From assembly GCA_963706745.1 (NCBI GenBank), contig CAVPMX010000004.1, forward strand, positions 35,790 to 99,789: 64,000 nucleotides of DNA, written 5' to 3'. Made by a program: the position numbers and the translations under genes. Position 1 is the stretch's first letter. The number at the start of each line of letters is the position of its first letter. The stretch is from an uncultured Actinomycetes bacterium (GTDB lineage Bacteria > Actinomycetota > Acidimicrobiia > IMCC26256 > PALSA-610). Below are positions 59,955-64,000 of this stretch, one piece after another. Under the pieces are notes generated by a model. It worked only from the letters and a program-made list of their open reading frames with translations. It did no database searches and was not told the origin of the DNA.

Positions 59955-60758
59955 TCAGCCCAGCTCGACGAGCCACTCCAGTGGTGTGCCGTCGAGGGCC
60001 CGCTGGAGCTCGCGTGTGAGGGTGCTGAGCTGGTCGAGCATGAGCAGGACGCCGAACGCACCCAGGAGCGCGGCCGAGCCGAGGACGATCGTCTGGGAGT
60101 GCCGCCTCACCCACGTGAGCGCTCCGCCGAGACTGCCGAGCGCGAGGCCGGTGGCGAGGAACGGCAGACCGAGCCCGAGTGTGTAGGCGCCGAGGAGCGT
60201 CGCCCCGGACCACGCCCTCCCGGAGTCGGCGGCGATGGTCAGGATCGAGCCCAGCACCGGGCCGATGCACGGCGACCATCCGAACGCGAACGCGGCGCCC
60301 GCGACGAAGGGTGCGGCCCTCCCGAACCTGCCGAACTGGGGTTGGAACCGCTTCTCCTGGTAGAGCCACGGCAGGCGGAGGAAGGTCGACCCGGCCAGGA
60401 AGATGGCCATCGCGAGCATCAGCGCACCGGAGAACCGAGTGAGCGTGTCCTGGTGGTCGCGAAGCGCTGCCCCTACCGCCGATGCGGAGAGACCCAGCAG
60501 GACGAAGACTGCGCCGAAGCCCGCGACGAAGACTCCGGTGGTGGCGGCGATGCCGCCGAGGTGGGAGCGCGAGTCCTTCTCCAGGGTGCTGACGTCGAGT
60601 CCCGTCACCATGGAGAGGTAGCCCGGAACCAGCGGCAGCACGCAGGGCGAGAGGAACGAGACCACCCCGCCCAGGAAGGCGACGGCGTAGGAGAACGGGC
60701 TCACCTGCTCGATCCGCTCGAGCGCGAGCACCGGGATCCAGGCGAGTAGGAGCTGCAT
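59955..60758 (-). CDS. ccdA: cytochrome c biogenesis thiol-disulfide transporter CcdA/DsbD-family
   Basis: ATG 60758. GGVVSFLSPCVLPLVPGYL and FGWSPCIGPVLGSIL are the two conserved Cys-containing TM motifs. Confidence 0.85.
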   Translation of the reverse strand: MQLLLAWIPVLALERIEQVSPFSYAVAFLGGVVSFLSPCVLPLVPGYLSMVTGLDVSTLEKDSRSHLGGIAATTGVFVAGFGAVFVLLGLSASAVGAALRDHQDTLTRFSGALMLAMAIFLAGSTFLRLPWLYQEKRFQPQFGRFGRAAPFVAGAAFAFGWSPCIGPVLGSILTIAADSGRAWSGATLLGAYTLGLGLPFLATGLALGSLGGALTWVRRHSQTIVLGSAALLGAFGVLLMLDQLSTLTRELQRALDGTPLEWLVELG

Positions 60759-60768
60759 CTGCGCGACA

Positions 60769-62001
60769 TTGTGCAGCAGTGGCCGCCCCTCCGACGCACC
60801 GGGGTGCCGCGCCCCTGCGAGAATCGGCCCTCTGTCGACGATCCGATCTGCTGCGCCGTGGCGACGCCCTCGTCGAGGACCGGTTGCGCGCCTGTTGGTC
60901 GCTGTGCTCCTGGTCCTGGCTGTGGGCGCGTGCGCGAGCGGGGCCGGAGACGGGTCGGGAGCTGAGGAGCGGACGGCGACCTCCGCTGCCGCGCTCCCGT
61001 TCGTTCCCGAGACGACGTCCGAGGTCCCGAGCGAGCCGCGGGCGGATCTCGCCGGCTTCGCGACGGGGAGCGCGCTGATCGGCCGATCGCTCGAGGGTGT
61101 CCGGAGCGATCTCGACGGCATTGCCGCCACGGGAGTGCGGTGGCTGAGGGCGGACATCGACTGGTCGTTCGTGCAACGCGGCGGGCCCTCGCAATGGGAC
61201 TGGTCGCGTGTCGACGCAGTCGTGCGGGAAGCCACCGCGCGCGGTCTCTCCGTCGTCGGCCTTCTCGCGTACACACCCGAGTGGGCGAGGCCGCCCGGGA
61301 CCTCCGACAAGCACCCCCCTGTCGACCCGAACCGCTTCGCCGTGTTCGCCGCGGCCGCAGTGATGCGCTACGCCGATGTCGGGGTCCACCACTGGGAGAT
61401 CTGGAACGAGCCCAACATCTCGGACTTCTGGGAGCCACGACCCGATGCGGAGCGCTACGCGTCGCTGCTCGCGACGGCGTCGGAGGCGGTGCGCTCGGCC
61501 GATGCGGGAGCCGTGGTGATCTCGGGTGGGCTTGCGCCGGGGAACGACGTCGGCGACGGGAGCCAGGTGCGCGACGCCGAGTATCTCGGTCGCCTCTACG
61601 CCGCCGGCGTCGCTGCTTCCTTCGACGCGGTGGCCGTCCACCCGTACTCCTACCCGGCTCTCCCCGAAGATGCCACCGACGACTTCGGTGTGAACGGGGT
61701 GCGTGCCGTTCACGCACTGATGAAGGAGCACGGCGATGGCGGGAAGGAGGTCTGGGCCACCGAGATGGGCGCGCCGACCGGAGGCGCCGGAGCAGTGAGC
61801 CCCGAGGTGCAGGCGCGTACCGCGACGGAGGCTTTCGCTGCGTGGGCTCGCTACCGGTGGGCGGGACCGATGCTGTGGTTCTCGTACCGCGACGAGAGCC
61901 CCGACCCGAACGGCCCTCAGACCTTCGGGCTCGTCTCCTATGACGGCGTTCCGAAGCCTGCGCTTGCGGCGTTCGAGGTCGCCGTCGACGCTCTCGGCTA
62001 G
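60769..62001 (+). CDS. lipoprotein, clan GH-A glycoside hydrolase (GH5/GH39-like); start uncertain
   Basis: LLVAVLLVLAVGACASG lipobox; HHWEIWNEPN (acid/base NEP) and VWATEMG (nucleophile Glu). Confidence 0.75.
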   Translation: MCSSGRPSDAPGCRAPARIGPLSTIRSAAPWRRPRRGPVARLLVAVLLVLAVGACASGAGDGSGAEERTATSAAALPFVPETTSEVPSEPRADLAGFATGSALIGRSLEGVRSDLDGIAATGVRWLRADIDWSFVQRGGPSQWDWSRVDAVVREATARGLSVVGLLAYTPEWARPPGTSDKHPPVDPNRFAVFAAAAVMRYADVGVHHWEIWNEPNISDFWEPRPDAERYASLLATASEAVRSADAGAVVISGGLAPGNDVGDGSQVRDAEYLGRLYAAGVAASFDAVAVHPYSYPALPEDATDDFGVNGVRAVHALMKEHGDGGKEVWATEMGAPTGGAGAVSPEVQARTATEAFAAWARYRWAGPMLWFSYRDESPDPNGPQTFGLVSYDGVPKPALAAFEVAVDALG

Positions 62002-63350
62002 GCGGCGGGGAGGCGGACCACCAGTCGGGCTCCGCCGGAAGGTGCTTCGGTGATCTCTACCGTGCCGCCGTGGGCGACGACCGCGCGCCGAACGAGCGCG
62101 AGGCCGAGGCCTGCCCCGCCACGGCGACGGTCCCGCGCCTCGTCGAGGCGGGTGAACCTCTCGAAGACCCGTTCGCGGTCCTCCTGCGGCACGCCCGGCC
62201 CGTCGTCGTCGATCGTGAGAACGACGGTGCCGGCGGCCTCGCCGAGGGTCACGGTGACAGCTGATCGTGCGTGTCGGGCAGCGTTGTCCAGGAGGTTTCG
62301 GACGGCGTGCGTCAGCTGCTGGCCGTCGCCGCGGACCCGTCCGGCCGAGACGCCCTCTGTGCGGATCGTCGGCCCGCCGCTGAGACGCGATGTCTCGCTC
62401 AGCACCACCTCGTCGAGATCGACGTCGGAGACGCGGCGCGAGCGGCCCTCGTCGATGCGCGCGAGCTCGAGCAGGTCGTCGACCAGGTGCCCGAGGCGTC
62501 CGGTCTCGCCCAGCACCCGCTCGGCGACCTGCGACCAGTCGGTGCCCTCGGGGTGGGTCAGAGCGACCTCTACATCGGTGCGGATCGTCGTCACTGGGCT
62601 GCGCAGCTCGTGCGACGCGTCGGAGACGAACTGGCGTTGCCGGTCGGATGCCCGCTCCAGTCGGTCGAGCATGTCGTTCATCGTCGAGGCCAGCCGAGCG
62701 ACCTCGTCGCCGGAGGCGGGTACCGGCACTCGCCGGTGCATCGTCGTGTGCGTGATCTCGTCGACCTCTGCGCGGATCGCCTCCACGGGGCGCAGCGCGC
62801 GGCCGACGAGCACCCACGCGAGCATGCCTACGAGCACGATCAACAGGGGGGTGCCGACCCACAGCACTCCACTGAGGGCGTCGACGCTCCGGCGCACGCT
62901 GTCGAGCGGGCTCGCCACGGCCACGGTGTATCGGCCTCCGGGAGCTGCGACGTGCCTGTAGAAGAGGAGGCGCTCGCCGTACGGTGTGGATTGGCGAACC
63001 ACTGTCGCCCGATCCGGGAGGTCCTCGGTCGGCAGGTCGCCGCCGTAGTAACCGGGGCTGGTGAAGACGACCTCGCCGTCGGGCCCCATGACGACCAGTG
63101 CGATCGGCGGGCGCGCAGGTAGGTGCAGCGCCTCCGGGGACTCGCCGGCCTCCAACCTCGCGGCCACGTCGCGTATGGCGTGGTTGCCGTCGCTGCGGAT
63201 CCGGTCCTCCACGGAGCTCTTCACGCTGCGCACAAGGCCCAGCGCGGCCAGCCCGAAGGCGAGGCCGAACGCGATCGTCGCAGCCAGGGCGATGCGGAAT
63301 CGCACGGAGCGAACCACGCGCATCACCGAAGAGCGAGAGCCGTCACTCAT
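61998..63350 (-). CDS. two-component sensor histidine kinase
   Basis: Two TM segments, a HAMP-like region, H-box SHELRSPVTTI, and N/G boxes NLLDNAARHA and DDGPGV...GGAGLGLALV. Confidence 0.92.
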   Translation of the reverse strand: MSDGSRSSVMRVVRSVRFRIALAATIAFGLAFGLAALGLVRSVKSSVEDRIRSDGNHAIRDVAARLEAGESPEALHLPARPPIALVVMGPDGEVVFTSPGYYGGDLPTEDLPDRATVVRQSTPYGERLLFYRHVAAPGGRYTVAVASPLDSVRRSVDALSGVLWVGTPLLIVLVGMLAWVLVGRALRPVEAIRAEVDEITHTTMHRRVPVPASGDEVARLASTMNDMLDRLERASDRQRQFVSDASHELRSPVTTIRTDVEVALTHPEGTDWSQVAERVLGETGRLGHLVDDLLELARIDEGRSRRVSDVDLDEVVLSETSRLSGGPTIRTEGVSAGRVRGDGQQLTHAVRNLLDNAARHARSAVTVTLGEAAGTVVLTIDDDGPGVPQEDRERVFERFTRLDEARDRRRGGAGLGLALVRRAVVAHGGTVEITEAPSGGARLVVRLPAA

Positions 63351-64000
63351 CGGCCACCAATCTGTAGCCCGCGCCCCGCACGGTGAGCAGCGTCTTCATG
63401 TCGAACGGGTCGTCGATCTTGCGCCGCAGGTAGCCGACGTACACCTCGACGATGTTCGGATCGCCCATGAACTCGTGGCCCCAGACCTCGTCGAGGAGTG
63501 CCGGCTTCGCTGCGACATCGCCCGTCGCGGCGCATCAGTGCCTCGAGAAGCGAGAACTCGCGGGCGGTCAGCTCGACCGGAGTCCCCGCACGCGCGCAGA
63601 TGCGTGTCGCCGGGTCGAGCACCAGCGTCCCCGCGGTCAGCCGGGTAGGGCGTGGCTGCTGCGTGCGCCGCGAACAGGGCGCGCAGTCGGGCCGAGAGAA
63701 CGACGAAGGAGAACGGCTTGGAGAGGAAGTCGTCGGCGCCGGTGTCGAGCGCCTCCGCCTCGTCCCACTCCCCGTTCTTCGCCGTGAGCATGAGTATCGG
63801 GGTCCAGACGCCCTCCTCGCGGAGCGTCTCGCAGACCTTGAAGCCGTTCATCCCCGGCAGGAGGATGTCGAGGACGATCACTGCGTAGCCCCCCTCGCGG
63901 GCCCGCCAGAGCCCGTCGAGGCCGTCGTGGACGGTGTCGACGTCGAAGCCCTCGGCGGTGAGGCCGCGGGCTATGGCCTCGGCGAGCGGAACCTCGTCCT
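63343..64000 (-). pseudogene. OmpR-family response regulator (5' end beyond the window), two frame breaks (~63670 and ~63521)
   Basis: The receiver domain (VIVLDILLPGMNGF...LMLTAKN...GADDFLSKPF...LSARLRALF) is in the frame of ORF 63396..63881. RRTQQPRPTRLTAGTLVLDPATRICARAGTPVELTAREFSLLEALMRR is in the frame of ORF 63347..63622. DVAAKPALLDEVWGHEFMGDPNIVEVYVGYLRRKIDDPFDMKTLLTVRGAGYRLVADE is in the third frame, and its stop overlaps the kinase start. Confidence 0.85.

Noticed and set aside
59734-62862. 1042-aa minus-strand ORF, the longest in the track
   Set aside because: Its composition is extreme Arg/Pro/Ala/Gly low complexity. It is antisense to well-supported genes (ccdA region, GH-A hydrolase, histidine kinase). 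This is a typical shadow ORF of high-GC DNA.

Overview
High-GC, actinobacterial-type chromosomal segment. Supporting markers are a mycothiol-type MDMPI enzyme, F420/LLM oxidoreductases, an RqlH-type helicase and an LPXTG surface protein. Most of the window is ordinary metabolism and envelope genes: acyl-CoA dehydrogenases, thiolase, SDR, thioesterases, alpha/beta hydrolases, PPK2, gcvP behind a tandem glycine riboswitch, modABC with a Mop/TOBE regulator, RNase D, CcdA, and a two-component system. Four things stand out. (1) A ~12.7 kb integrative, probably mobilizable, element sits in the 3' end of an acyl-CoA dehydrogenase gene (17650-30450). It is bounded by ~75-79 bp direct repeats and carries a tyrosine integrase, a MobF relaxase, an Xis-like HTH, two arrays of 12-bp-phased repeats, exported-protein cargo and an ISL3 insertion with an 8-bp target duplication. 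An internal copy of its right arm suggests two elements accreted in tandem. The integrase is broken exactly at the catalytic Tyr codon. (2) A nucleic-acid-enzyme cluster lies at 36.7-42.2 kb (RqlH-like helicase, DUF2075-type nuclease-helicase, NYN protein), followed by an AmmeMemoRadiSam cassette. (3) A fused E1 alpha/beta 2-oxoacid dehydrogenase faces a lipoyl-less E2-like gene that lacks the catalytic His. (4) At least ten single-base frame breaks occur in otherwise well-conserved genes, several of them (not all) in short G/C runs. This means either indel-prone sequence or real gene decay, and it should be resolved before any pseudogene is interpreted. No rRNA, tRNA or CRISPR was seen. Many long Arg/Pro/Ala-rich ORFs in the track are antisense artefacts of the high GC content.
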